This document shows positions 29,201-37,637 of a stretch of DNA of 64,000 bases, piece by piece. The DNA is taken from the IMG/VR virus record IMGVR_UViG_3300031418_000007. One strand, written 5' to 3'. Numbering within the stretch: position 1 is the stretch's first letter; each line of letters begins with the position of its first letter. Origin of the DNA: a virus (lineage: Duplodnaviria; Caudoviricetes). The notes beneath the pieces are model-generated. The model saw nothing but the letters and a program-made list of their open reading frames with translations. It was not told the DNA's origin and made no database searches. The translations under genes were made by a program, and so were the position numbers.

Positions 29201-29338
29201 GAACCAAAGGATGACGACGCGGGTGTAAAACCTGAAGATGAATCTGGTGAAGCCAAGCCAACAGACGACGACGCCGTTGATCCTAAGTCAACTGAGCTCT
29301 CCGACAGTAAGAAAGGTAATGATAATCCGTTTGGTTAA
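26273..29338 (+). CDS. Portal protein (phiKZ gp129-like)
   Basis: Start MVQSRD at 26273 with SD AAGAGG. GSYATL, WHVPSAAIIPIH, F..RMF, LYVP..C..Y.AF..NALGVGQSL motifs; D/E-rich C-terminal tail; synteny. Confidence 0.78.
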   Translation: MVQSRDMTRGTQRAQLSRLRESIKSTNPLVAATLRNATPKNGRAPEANELTAGNERNAIMPHKLERISNIIANNINAANDLRAITPYIDRAELIWSSLLLYPNGKQKNILEYSTRASRYKNTPLHIALLKVWKDYFTNDYKIEDELRTQIDDMLWNTGSYATLTLSRISLDYLINGMEVVDRSGNEDLKAVHTYQQTQGNFVFDKKTGKLKVMNVGTYVRPVHDESKDVFNVAGLESMMGGGDFKTSNQPEFDILKGSELDGNEGFFISFTDNPAVLATNLLAEKRKKFNEKFYAGNEDFSSLIQKTLSNQGAKEDDRDKSVRKPDDKKGRRPDQPKARTTNMSMGTLNSLQNDIFPHRRAPNQFMQFVKQDTDLGVQNYGTPIDWHVPSAAIIPIHINGNVRKRKDYIILFDPDTGEFLNPTMDFQFYQSSKKQQDGITNKNQQGGTNSLIDNLKQIQQGKDCDFDMTEFAELSKGIIIESFMKSVISGRSGSISVDLDEETNKIFMARMFRGQGIRALYVPGECVTYSAFKFNALGVGQSLTQAAKMHIARLAAMDLADAMANMEAAQSTNKMRITLDKDDPNPERTIAMAREVFFRANPRFYNVLATNQMSIPVLVDAFRELSLTLEVDAGENPYLPVPAISVEPQEKQHFRKVDSDSRNEVLNKIANYFMLPRSWLDVADENNNFQIEALNEHRLVYNQALNWQEQIADFVIERERKYARVNQPLLLSLIQVISDQKNLWKPDNKEIEIEGGTDAEKIETILEDFLNNIECSLPAPAVMEQANKLKEGLSTATDLVTQWWEANGKTALISKAVETMNLGGEYSPEQVEAMVKAYLYQKAHKFLNIPSPFDDAVDDPSGGGMASIVESVVTQNKALYNFLGNLAIRDLDERTKVVSSLSGKIENKLEKFQTKTGGEQTEESEPSADPFAPPAGDGGEPPVDNLDDNGETKPDDFNPDDLNDDANNSDNADDTGEPKDDDAGVKPEDESGEAKPTDDDAVDPKSTELSDSKKGNDNPFG

Positions 29339-29345
29339 TTGAAAC

Positions 29346-29393
29346 AAAAAAAAAAAAGAAACAACCTTACTCCTACCCTTGCGGGTAGGAGTA
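29346..29393. terminator. Bidirectional terminator with A12 tract
   Basis: Stem TACTCCTACCC / GGGTAGGAGTA, loop TTGC; A12 at 29346-29357 gives a U-tract for the minus-strand operon. Confidence 0.85.
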
Positions 29394-29410
29394 GGAGTTA
29401 TTTCTAAGAG

Positions 29411-31774
29411 TTACCCAAATGCCGGGTTCAAGAATGTACGCGTTGGTTTCACCGTTCGGATCGACACAACGTTTTCATCATAAACAGTCGGCGTTACCAT
29501 GAACAAGTCATGGGTATTTTTATACATCACCAGGATGTTTTGTGATTCCAGCGTAGTTCCTTTGGCCTGAGCCTGTGAGCGAAGAGTATCGATCAGACTA
29601 AAGAACTCAGGGTTGTTACTACGGCGCAGCATGATCAAGCGCCCGTTGGTAGGACGTGGACCTGCTTCGTTCCAGATCACCACACTTTTGTACTTACGGC
29701 TGCGCATCAGTGACAGCGAGTGTTCTTCGCGTTCAGTGTACGACATGTCTTCCGTTGGCGACGTAGGCAGTTCGAAAAGCTCAATCTGAGACTTCACGAT
29801 CGTATCCACACCGGTTTGGTTAAGCAGGTCATACACAACCTTATCAGTTTCCAACAGCACAGCTTTCAGTTCGTTATAGTCCAGCAGGATGTTGTCTACG
29901 CTCAGCACATCGCCTTCGTGTGGGTTCAACACATAACCGCACGCATTCACCAACCAGTTATTCAAATCGGTGGTCAAACGGTCACTGAGGAAAGTGTCAA
30001 AGCGCACACTTGGATCAGTGTCTTCAGTATCGATTGGTGTCCGTGACATCTGACGATGGATCCGCTCGATAATGCTGAAGTATGATTCATCCTGGTTGCT
30101 GTCGTTGCCCTGGAACAGCATAGGGAAACGTGCAACTACCGTGTCACGCGCACCACGGTTTTCAAACATACGGGAACCTGCGAAATTGAAATCACCCAGG
30201 AACGCCATTGGTTTGTTGGTTTCTTCAGCCAGTGAGATGCCGGTTGCTACCAGACGATCAAAGACTTTCTTAACATTATCAGTACGCAGTTCATCACCGG
30301 TATCAATAACTCGGAAGTCATAGCCTGGCTCACGCAGCTTCTCAAAGACTTCAGCTTCTGGACCTAACTTTCTACCTTCCTCATCAAAGAACGCTTTAGC
30401 TTCCGTTACAGGCAGTACAACTGTCTTGTTCTGGAAAGAGTCAACGTCCAGGTGAGGCAACAACTTATCAGGATCTGATAGAATCATTTCTTTTGTCGCT
30501 GCATCAGTGAAGCGAATAGCACGCGTCCGCCATCCTGGGAACGAGTTTTCGTGTTCGAAGTCGTACTCCACAAAACGAAGACAATCTTTCGTTATGGAAT
30601 CTTCCGCACGCATACGACCACGACGCTTCATGGCTCGTTTAAGGAAGGTCCAATCTCCCTCTTTGACAATGTACCAGTTCTCGCATACCGTGGGCTTGAA
30701 ATAGCTACGGATGTCGAACAGGTGGCGATTGTGGATATCAATGTTCTCGATATCCGTACGGTATTGTTTGCCGCTACCGTAAACATTCAAATCATCATAA
30801 CTGTCCCGCTGCACTGGCCGAGGTGGTGGATTAAGACTTGGCGGCGCACCGCTGTTCTTTCTCACCAGGTCAAACGCAATCTGCATTAACTCTCGGTTCT
30901 CTGAAGACATCCCGTCGTGGTAGTCCGGCACGTATTCACCCGTGTAATCCGTAACACCCGTTCGTTTGTCCGCAGGGAGGCGCTGATCAATACCGAGTCT
31001 TGCGAACTCTGGCATGATGTTGGTGATGTTTCCTTCGCTGACGCGATCACCCGAGAAGTTGGCTGCATCATAAGGAGAGGTTTCTTCAAAGAAATTAAAG
31101 ACCTTTGAAGCCGCTTCTTTACGCAGACCAAACTTCTGCACCAATTCCTGAATCTCTGGTGTTGGGTTATACAAGAAAGCAGCTGCCTTGCTTGAACCGT
31201 TTAACCAGGTCACAATTTCCAGATTCAGGATATTCAGTGTTGCTACTTTTACGGCATTTAATACGACAGGACGCTGTGGGCGGCCATCTGACTTACGGAT
31301 CTCGTTGGCTAAGATAAAACCAAACCAAACCGAGGCACGGATGGCCACAGTGTCAAGCAGGTCAATGCGGTCGGTGAGGACCTTAACATACTCGCGTTTC
31401 ACATAACTGTTAACGGTGTTGATTTCCGCATAGTTATCCACAATGTCACGGAATGTTGCATGGACGGGACCATGGCGATAGATCTTACATTCCTGAATGA
31501 ACTGAACGATATAAGCCGACGCGTGTTGACGGAAATACGCGATCTGTTCTTCGCTGCCTTCACTTGACTGTTGTTTAAACTCCTGTAAAGTTTTATCTTC
31601 ATAAATGTTGTTATAAACTGGATCGTAGTTAGCCGGTTGCGATGACTGGCGAACCAATTGTTTTACCAAACCCAGTGCGTCCTGCTGACCTGGGTTTTGT
31701 CCCGCTGTCTGTCCCGGAGCAGCTGGTATGGACGAAGGTTGAACCGAAGCTCGGTGTGTCGGTGCGAGTGCCAT
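29411..31774 (-). CDS. Hypothetical protein (787 aa), conserved position downstream of the nvRNAP subunit
   Basis: Long ORF with P/Q-rich N-terminus; no motif recognised. Confidence 0.7.
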   Translation of the reverse strand: MALAPTHRASVQPSSIPAAPGQTAGQNPGQQDALGLVKQLVRQSSQPANYDPVYNNIYEDKTLQEFKQQSSEGSEEQIAYFRQHASAYIVQFIQECKIYRHGPVHATFRDIVDNYAEINTVNSYVKREYVKVLTDRIDLLDTVAIRASVWFGFILANEIRKSDGRPQRPVVLNAVKVATLNILNLEIVTWLNGSSKAAAFLYNPTPEIQELVQKFGLRKEAASKVFNFFEETSPYDAANFSGDRVSEGNITNIMPEFARLGIDQRLPADKRTGVTDYTGEYVPDYHDGMSSENRELMQIAFDLVRKNSGAPPSLNPPPRPVQRDSYDDLNVYGSGKQYRTDIENIDIHNRHLFDIRSYFKPTVCENWYIVKEGDWTFLKRAMKRRGRMRAEDSITKDCLRFVEYDFEHENSFPGWRTRAIRFTDAATKEMILSDPDKLLPHLDVDSFQNKTVVLPVTEAKAFFDEEGRKLGPEAEVFEKLREPGYDFRVIDTGDELRTDNVKKVFDRLVATGISLAEETNKPMAFLGDFNFAGSRMFENRGARDTVVARFPMLFQGNDSNQDESYFSIIERIHRQMSRTPIDTEDTDPSVRFDTFLSDRLTTDLNNWLVNACGYVLNPHEGDVLSVDNILLDYNELKAVLLETDKVVYDLLNQTGVDTIVKSQIELFELPTSPTEDMSYTEREEHSLSLMRSRKYKSVVIWNEAGPRPTNGRLIMLRRSNNPEFFSLIDTLRSQAQAKGTTLESQNILVMYKNTHDLFMVTPTVYDENVVSIRTVKPTRTFLNPAFG

Positions 31775-31792
31775 TATTAATCCTGTTGAGTG

Positions 31793-33460
31793 TTACGAGC
31801 GCGATTCCCTTATTTTCAAACGCGTTTCCGTGGCCTCTGCCAACGGAATCCGCTCCGGACGTATGCCTGTTAGGTTACCATTGATGGTAAACACACAAGG
31901 GGCTGCAAAGCCTCTGGCATCGGGGTCTGGTTTGGTTACACGTTGGTAACTGAAGACAAAGGGCATGGTTGCGCTTGTGAGGTTAGCCGTGTCGTGCACG
32001 TCAAAGTCACCTGAAGCCTGCTTACGTTTACCGGTGAATACCTTGTGCTGCGCCATTACGCCAAGCATGTATTCAGAGAACGGGTTATCCGTAGGGGTGG
32101 GTTCCAGGATCATATTTGCCAAACGTGCGTTATCAATAGAACGAAGCTTTATGCTACTATTTGTGAGGAAGTTCTTGACCTTCTGATAACTGAGTTCAGA
32201 ATTGTTCTTAATGAAGTGCTTGAACTGGTTTGCCAGTGTGCTCAAACCATCGAAGGTAAACTCCATGCTTGCCAGTTCTTTGTTCAACGCGCTGCCACGG
32301 TCTGTGGTCTGCACGATCTCACTGCGGTTCGCGATGATATAGTTGAAGAGCTCAAACATATCCTTCACGTACACAGACTGACTTGCAAACTTACGAATGG
32401 AATCTTCTTCCAGCAAATCATTCATAGAGTCGAAGTGTTCATCCATTAAACGGAGAACATAATCGTTGGGGTCGCCAGGTTTAACTGAACAACGCCCAAT
32501 CAGTAACCGCCAGTAGTTCTTGTCGTCGATGTCGTCCATCTCAAAGTAAGATGGCATGCACGAGATCACGAACAGAAGCGCTGCAGCATACTGAACACCC
32601 ATGCTTGACAACTCTTTTCGCTTTTCATTTTTGTTACGCAGAGCGATACCCAAGTCCAACGGAATAAAGTCACCTAAGTACTTATTGTTGGAGCTGCCGC
32701 TGCGCGTGAATATCTCCCAGCGATCTTTGGGGAGACATTGCTTAGTCAGAACTTCTACCGGACCAATTTCATATTCGCATTCGCCGTAAAGACGCATGGC
32801 TTCACTAAACCCGAAGTTACCGAAGATATACCAGCTCAACAGCGGGTATGGTGTTTTCTTGCTGGTAATCGCACGGCTTTCGCTTGGACTATAAAAACGG
32901 TTGGCGGCTAAGTTTAAATCAATCGTAGAGCGAGGCATAGTTCCCAGTTCGGTGTGAACACGGTCGAAGCGGAAGAACTCTGCGCCAATCTTGGTCTTGA
33001 AACTTAGTACCTTAAAGAAGATAGACTTTTCTTTCGTTACGCTCAGGCCACGTTCTGCCATGACCATCTGCAACGAGTACTGGCTATCACGAATCCAGAC
33101 ATCCCCATAACGATCGCAGTACAGCAGCATCGTAACAATGGGCGGGAAGGGTTTAACTTCACCGGTCTTGGGATCACGCCAGGAGAAATTGACGGTGACA
33201 GGATAGTAGCTCTCTCTGTGCGTGTCGTAAACCTTGGGCTGACGATTACGCAGGAATGCAATGTATTCCTTCGGCTTCATGCGAGTGATGCCGTCAAAGA
33301 TCACGCCTTTCTTTTCAACGTCTTTGAAGATTAATCGATAGATATAGTTCAGGTGACGATATCCGCCTTCAAACTCACGGAGATGGAACCCATCAACAAT
33401 AGATTTGTTGAACCTCGGCATTGTGGCATCAACTGCGTCTACTAGTTTCGGTTGCATCAA
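31793..33460 (-). CDS. Non-virion RNA polymerase beta-like subunit (phiKZ gp123-like)
   Basis: MPRFNKSIVDG, ESYYPVTVNF, LLYCDRYG.VWIRDSQY.LQ.V.AERGLS, C-terminal YQRVTKPDPDARG; synteny two genes downstream of the MCP. Confidence 0.75.
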   Translation of the reverse strand: MMQPKLVDAVDATMPRFNKSIVDGFHLREFEGGYRHLNYIYRLIFKDVEKKGVIFDGITRMKPKEYIAFLRNRQPKVYDTHRESYYPVTVNFSWRDPKTGEVKPFPPIVTMLLYCDRYGDVWIRDSQYSLQMVMAERGLSVTKEKSIFFKVLSFKTKIGAEFFRFDRVHTELGTMPRSTIDLNLAANRFYSPSESRAITSKKTPYPLLSWYIFGNFGFSEAMRLYGECEYEIGPVEVLTKQCLPKDRWEIFTRSGSSNNKYLGDFIPLDLGIALRNKNEKRKELSSMGVQYAAALLFVISCMPSYFEMDDIDDKNYWRLLIGRCSVKPGDPNDYVLRLMDEHFDSMNDLLEEDSIRKFASQSVYVKDMFELFNYIIANRSEIVQTTDRGSALNKELASMEFTFDGLSTLANQFKHFIKNNSELSYQKVKNFLTNSSIKLRSIDNARLANMILEPTPTDNPFSEYMLGVMAQHKVFTGKRKQASGDFDVHDTANLTSATMPFVFSYQRVTKPDPDARGFAAPCVFTINGNLTGIRPERIPLAEATETRLKIRESRS

Positions 33461-33473
33461 TCCTCCATTTGTG

Positions 33474-34484
33474 TCATGCTACTGTTTTGTAAATACTCAG
33501 CAGCGCGCTACAAACAATCGAAGCATTCTTAACATAGCCTCCTAGTGTATCCATTCCGGCTTTCTTCTTCTCCAACTTCTCGAAGAACTTCTGCTCCATA
33601 TCCTTTTTGGTGACTTCGGCTTTAAGTGTAGCAACTTCATTTGTAACGACCGCTACGCGTTGTATCAATTCCCCAATGCGTGTGCGCTGGGTGGACAACA
33701 TGGTCATCAGATCACGACTTTCTTTCTTGACGTTATCCAGACTCTTGCGAGTACGGATCAGCTCGTCAGTGTTGCCTCCTAAAAGTGCTTCTTGTTCACT
33801 CATGAATATACCATATTGCTGTAGTATTTTATTATCGATCTCATCGAAAGTATAATAGCATTGAATACCGTCGACATCCTCGCCCTCACAAAACAGATAC
33901 AGACCAGGCGGTTGATCTGTAGCCCTCACTGCATCCACCTTTACCGCACGACCAAACACATTGGTCCAGAGATTACTGAAACGACGATCTGGGTCAATGA
34001 GCTTAATGGTTGCGTTAACGCTATTGCTGATATTGGCTGAATCAACAAGATCGTCTAACGCCTCGTTGGGTGTATTCAGCGCATGAAGCGCACGCTGATA
34101 TTTGCCCAGGTAAAGAGTGAATCCCAACATCTCGCTGTGTACCGAGTTCTTGCGACTTAATTCTTGTGCTGTGATATAAACCGTAAAGGTAAGGCTCTGA
34201 CAGCCCAACAAGACTTCATCGTGCGGATACGTGCGAATGATTCCATCAATATGGTCTTTCAGTTCCTGCATTACTTTGCGGTCAAAGTTCGTCAGTGCGT
34301 CATTGGGATTAACCCGCAGCTTACGAATGTCCACATCATTAATACGAAACTCAATGTAAACTCGCTCCCCTACATCGGTCCAGTTATCATGCAATTCATA
34401 ACCGATCCCACCTTTGTATCGGATCTGCAAAGGAACAGCCTTTGGATTGAATATCTTGTAATCTAAATTAAAGCATCGATTCAT
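33474..34484 (-). CDS. Hypothetical protein (phiKZ gp122-like position), C-terminal coiled coil
   Basis: ORF between MCP and nvRNAP subunit, with its own promoter motif. Confidence 0.65.
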   Translation of the reverse strand: MNRCFNLDYKIFNPKAVPLQIRYKGGIGYELHDNWTDVGERVYIEFRINDVDIRKLRVNPNDALTNFDRKVMQELKDHIDGIIRTYPHDEVLLGCQSLTFTVYITAQELSRKNSVHSEMLGFTLYLGKYQRALHALNTPNEALDDLVDSANISNSVNATIKLIDPDRRFSNLWTNVFGRAVKVDAVRATDQPPGLYLFCEGEDVDGIQCYYTFDEIDNKILQQYGIFMSEQEALLGGNTDELIRTRKSLDNVKKESRDLMTMLSTQRTRIGELIQRVAVVTNEVATLKAEVTKKDMEQKFFEKLEKKKAGMDTLGGYVKNASIVCSALLSIYKTVA

Positions 34485-34541
34485 TTTTAGGGCCCTATAT
34501 TTGATTCTCTGATCCGTCGATCATTTTGAGTGTATACTGTC

Positions 34542-34562
34542 TAATAATGTAGGTCTGAAAAT
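34542..34562 (-). promoter_or_regulatory. Putative phage RNAP promoter (copy 3)
   Basis: TAATAATGTAGGTCTGAAAAT, upstream of the operon containing the nvRNAP subunit. Confidence 0.6.
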
Positions 34563-34572
34563 AAATAGCGAG

Positions 34573-34620
34573 CATAAATAATACTACTCCCAACCCTTCC
34601 GGGCGGGAGTAGTATTTATG
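34573..34620 (-). terminator. MCP operon terminator
   Basis: CATAAATA-ATACTACTCCC ... GGGAGTAGTAT-TTATG extended stem. Confidence 0.8.
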
Positions 34621-34644
34621 ATTACAATCGGGGTTGGCCTCCCA

Positions 34645-34710
34645 TCATCCTAGGTAAGCCGACTGATCAAGTTCACCGTAATAGGTTGACGGGAGGATGA
34701 TCAGTTTCCC
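34645..34710 (-). other. Predicted -1 programmed ribosomal frameshift site and 19-aa C-terminal extension of the MCP
   Basis: In-frame G GGA AAC (34710-34704) immediately before TGA. The -1 frame reads LIILPSTYYGELDQSAYLG* (stop 34647-34645). Confidence 0.72.
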
Positions 34711-36962
34711 GGGGCTGGGGTCACATCTTTAGTGATCACCGGAGAAGACGCGTCGTTCACGATCTTCACTTCAGATGGGCCAGTAGCAGCGCCGCCAGAA
34801 GTGGTGTTCAGAGTGGTACCCGGAGCAGAGCTAACTTTGACACCGCCCAGCTTGAAGAACACGCCAGCATCGCCCAGGAAGTCCGCAGCATCTTCGATGA
34901 CCAGTGAGCCAACGATGACGTTCAGGTTCCAGTGCAGGTAGCAAGGCATGGTCATCATGACGCCGAAGTCTTGGTTGCCACGAGTTACGTTGCCGTGCAG
35001 CACAACGTTTTCTTTAGCAACGTTAACACCGATGCCGCCCAGCGGGTTGATACGATCTTCAGTTGAGTCGTTCTGAGGAACGATCAAGATCTTACCGATC
35101 ATGCTGTCGAAGTTGGTCGCAACGATGTTGAAGTCTTCAGACGCAGTGATACGCGCGTCGCCAGAACGCATCAGGAAGCGCTCGAGGTTCTGGTGCACGA
35201 TCACAGACCATTTGGTCTTAGCGATACCAGAGTACTCGTTGATGGCAGCGATACCAGATTTGAACGCCAGGGCAGCAGTGATGTCCTGGATTTCAGTCAG
35301 CAGCAGTGAACACACGTTGTCGAACACGTCGATGTTTTCAGGAGAAGAGATGTGATCCTGAATACGGAACGAACGATGAACGGTAGACGCTTTAACGTAC
35401 ATGCGACCCGGCAGATCGTTACCGCCGTTTTCGTTATCAACAACTGGCGCACCATCGATAGAAGTGAGGTATTCCAGATGCTTGTACGCGGTTTCGAAGG
35501 CTTTCTTCGAGCAGTTAGTCTGGATGGTAACACCCATGTAGCTAACAGCGTCGTCCAGCGCTTCTTTGTTCACGTCTTCTGCGCGGATTGGGTATTTGAC
35601 AGAGATCGGATCCTGACGACGAGTGGTCAGTTCTTTGCTGGTGTCGAATACTTCCAGGCGGTAGCCGAAGTTGCCGTTAGAGGCGTTGGTCAGGTTCATG
35701 CTTGGAGTTGCAGCATTAACCACACCGCCTTTCAGGCCCTGCAACAGCGCTTTCTGCTCAGCGGTAGCCGTTGAGTGAGTGATACGCTTGTTGTTGTCGT
35801 TCAGATCGGTCAGAGACTCGATGTTAACCTGACCAGTGGTCAGCTCCAGACGGTAAGACTGGCGGTTGAAGCGCGCGGTCATGCGGACGTTGAGGTTAGG
35901 CTCATAGCCTTTGTCGTAGTACGCTTTGAACAGAGCTTTAACACCTTTACCATCTTTGTCAACCAGCGCAGAAACCGGCAGGTGACGCAGAGTGATGTCC
36001 AGATCACGGTCGTTTGAGTTCTGGCCAACAGAGGTCGGAGACATGTTGATGTTGGTCATGGACTCGGTAGGAACGAATGCCTGGATAGCAACACCGTTCA
36101 GTTTACCGCCGAAGCCCAGTTCCAGGATACGGATAGATGCAGATTCAACATCATCAGTATCAGTCCACGGACGCTGACCAGGTGCCTGGCACAGACCCAT
36201 CAGGTTGTTAACAACGCTTGGTACTGCCAGCATCTGGGTCAGGTGAGCCTGACGACCGTATGCATCACCGGTAGGGTAATCCTGATCAACTGGTGCTTTC
36301 AGGTCCGCATCGATGAACAGCTGAGCGTTTTCGTCGTTTTCGTCGGCCGGCAGAACTGGCCAAATGCGCAGCACGTCATCTTTGAAGATGTCGCCGTTAC
36401 GCAGGATACCGAAGATTGGAGTCAGTTCGGTAACGCTTTCCCAGGCAGAGGCGCCAGAAACGTATGAACCTACACCGGCAGCACGCACGGTCAGTTTCAC
36501 ACCTTCATCTTCGTAACGTACGGAGATGGTTTTGTACAGCTCTTCAGCAGCTTTGGTCTGCAGACGAGTCTGAGTGTTCAGAACGATGTTAACCGCTTTG
36601 GTTTCCATGCTCTGACCTTTGAACTGCGCCAGGGTGAATGATTCAAGACCCTGACGTTTCGCGATATCGTTCAGCGTGTCTTGCGTGAAGACCTGCGCTG
36701 CGATCTCGGTGTGGTTGTCACGACCGATAGCTGCACGGGCTGCATCGAAGCCGCCGTTGTTCAGGTTTGCTTCCATACCTTTCTGGAAGCCTACCAGACC
36801 CTGTGCTTCACCGCCAAAGATCTGGCCAAACTGCTGTTTTGCATCAGAGAAAGACTCAACGCCACTAAGCGCAGCGAAGCTTTGGTTCTTGGTCAGGGAC
36901 AGAGCCTGATTAATGAGGTTGCCGGTGTTGCGAACGCCAGCTTTGACGGGTTTAAAAGCCAT
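34701..36962 (-). CDS. Major capsid protein (phiKZ gp120-like)
   Basis: 753 aa; strongly biased high-expression codons; QTKAAEELYKTISV, PCYLHWNLNVIVG-type C-terminus; position between DnaB and nvRNAP beta genes; N-terminal propeptide with GxE sites. Confidence 0.88.
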   Translation of the reverse strand: MAFKPVKAGVRNTGNLINQALSLTKNQSFAALSGVESFSDAKQQFGQIFGGEAQGLVGFQKGMEANLNNGGFDAARAAIGRDNHTEIAAQVFTQDTLNDIAKRQGLESFTLAQFKGQSMETKAVNIVLNTQTRLQTKAAEELYKTISVRYEDEGVKLTVRAAGVGSYVSGASAWESVTELTPIFGILRNGDIFKDDVLRIWPVLPADENDENAQLFIDADLKAPVDQDYPTGDAYGRQAHLTQMLAVPSVVNNLMGLCQAPGQRPWTDTDDVESASIRILELGFGGKLNGVAIQAFVPTESMTNINMSPTSVGQNSNDRDLDITLRHLPVSALVDKDGKGVKALFKAYYDKGYEPNLNVRMTARFNRQSYRLELTTGQVNIESLTDLNDNNKRITHSTATAEQKALLQGLKGGVVNAATPSMNLTNASNGNFGYRLEVFDTSKELTTRRQDPISVKYPIRAEDVNKEALDDAVSYMGVTIQTNCSKKAFETAYKHLEYLTSIDGAPVVDNENGGNDLPGRMYVKASTVHRSFRIQDHISSPENIDVFDNVCSLLLTEIQDITAALAFKSGIAAINEYSGIAKTKWSVIVHQNLERFLMRSGDARITASEDFNIVATNFDSMIGKILIVPQNDSTEDRINPLGGIGVNVAKENVVLHGNVTRGNQDFGVMMTMPCYLHWNLNVIVGSLVIEDAADFLGDAGVFFKLGGVKVSSAPGTTLNTTSGGAATGPSEVKIVNDASSPVITKDVTPAPGN

Positions 36963-37027
36963 CGTATAAATCCTTCTGTTTCAGTTAAGACATGAAATAA
37001 ACAAATATATTTGTTAACTCGCTTGCG

Positions 37028-37035
37028 CATAAAAT
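37028..37035 (-). promoter_or_regulatory. Putative late promoter ATTTTATG for the MCP
   Basis: CATAAAAT about 66 nt upstream of the MCP start. Confidence 0.6.
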
Positions 37036-37060
37036 ATAACAGTGATAGCTATAGTCTACG

Positions 37061-37627
37061 TCAAGGCTCCTGTTCCAGTGCATAGAATGCGTTCGAGAGA
37101 GTGAACTCGTTGACACCCGTATGTACCACTGCGTTAAAATGCAGATCCTGATAACCAAAGAAATTATAGAGTGTATCCATAATAGCGGTGGCCAACTTGT
37201 CCGCTTTAAGCAGAGTCCAGTTAGGGTAATCAGACTGCACACAACCTCTGTCCGCGATCATCAGAACAAGTCCGTTTTCAGCACGACGATAGAAGTACGT
37301 GTTATGGCGTTGCAATAATTCAATAAAATACTGCTTAATGTCATCACGTGCGGTGATAACCTCTTTCAAGAGCGCAGCATGCGTTGCATTTGACGTCTCT
37401 ATAGGATAGTCAACATCCGGTTTACCCAGGCGTTTCAAAACAAGTGACTGGAGTAAAAAGAAACTACCTACCTCATCAAATGTTAATTTATTCACCTTTT
37501 TACCAAGCTCGGAAAGCTCGGAATATTTTATACTATTTTTTTCAAGGAGACTGACCATGTCCGAAGTGAGGACCCAGAAGTCAGTTTTCTCATGAACGTT
37601 CTTCAAAATAAATTTCATTGTTGTCAC
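37061..37627 (-). CDS. Hypothetical protein (188 aa)
   Basis: ORF between MCP and DnaB; start 37627 or 37618. Confidence 0.65.
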   Translation of the reverse strand: MTTMKFILKNVHEKTDFWVLTSDMVSLLEKNSIKYSELSELGKKVNKLTFDEVGSFFLLQSLVLKRLGKPDVDYPIETSNATHAALLKEVITARDDIKQYFIELLQRHNTYFYRRAENGLVLMIADRGCVQSDYPNWTLLKADKLATAIMDTLYNFFGYQDLHFNAVVHTGVNEFTLSNAFYALEQEP

Positions 37628-37637
37628 CGGAGTTAAT

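Noticed and set aside
29346-29357. A12 homopolymer as a phase-variation site
   Set aside because: Intergenic and adjacent to a hairpin; explained as the terminator U-tract, and its length may be a sequencing artefact.
29320-29430. Convergent genes ending NPFG and NPAFG
   Set aside because: Too short to distinguish from chance; no DNA-level inverted repeat.
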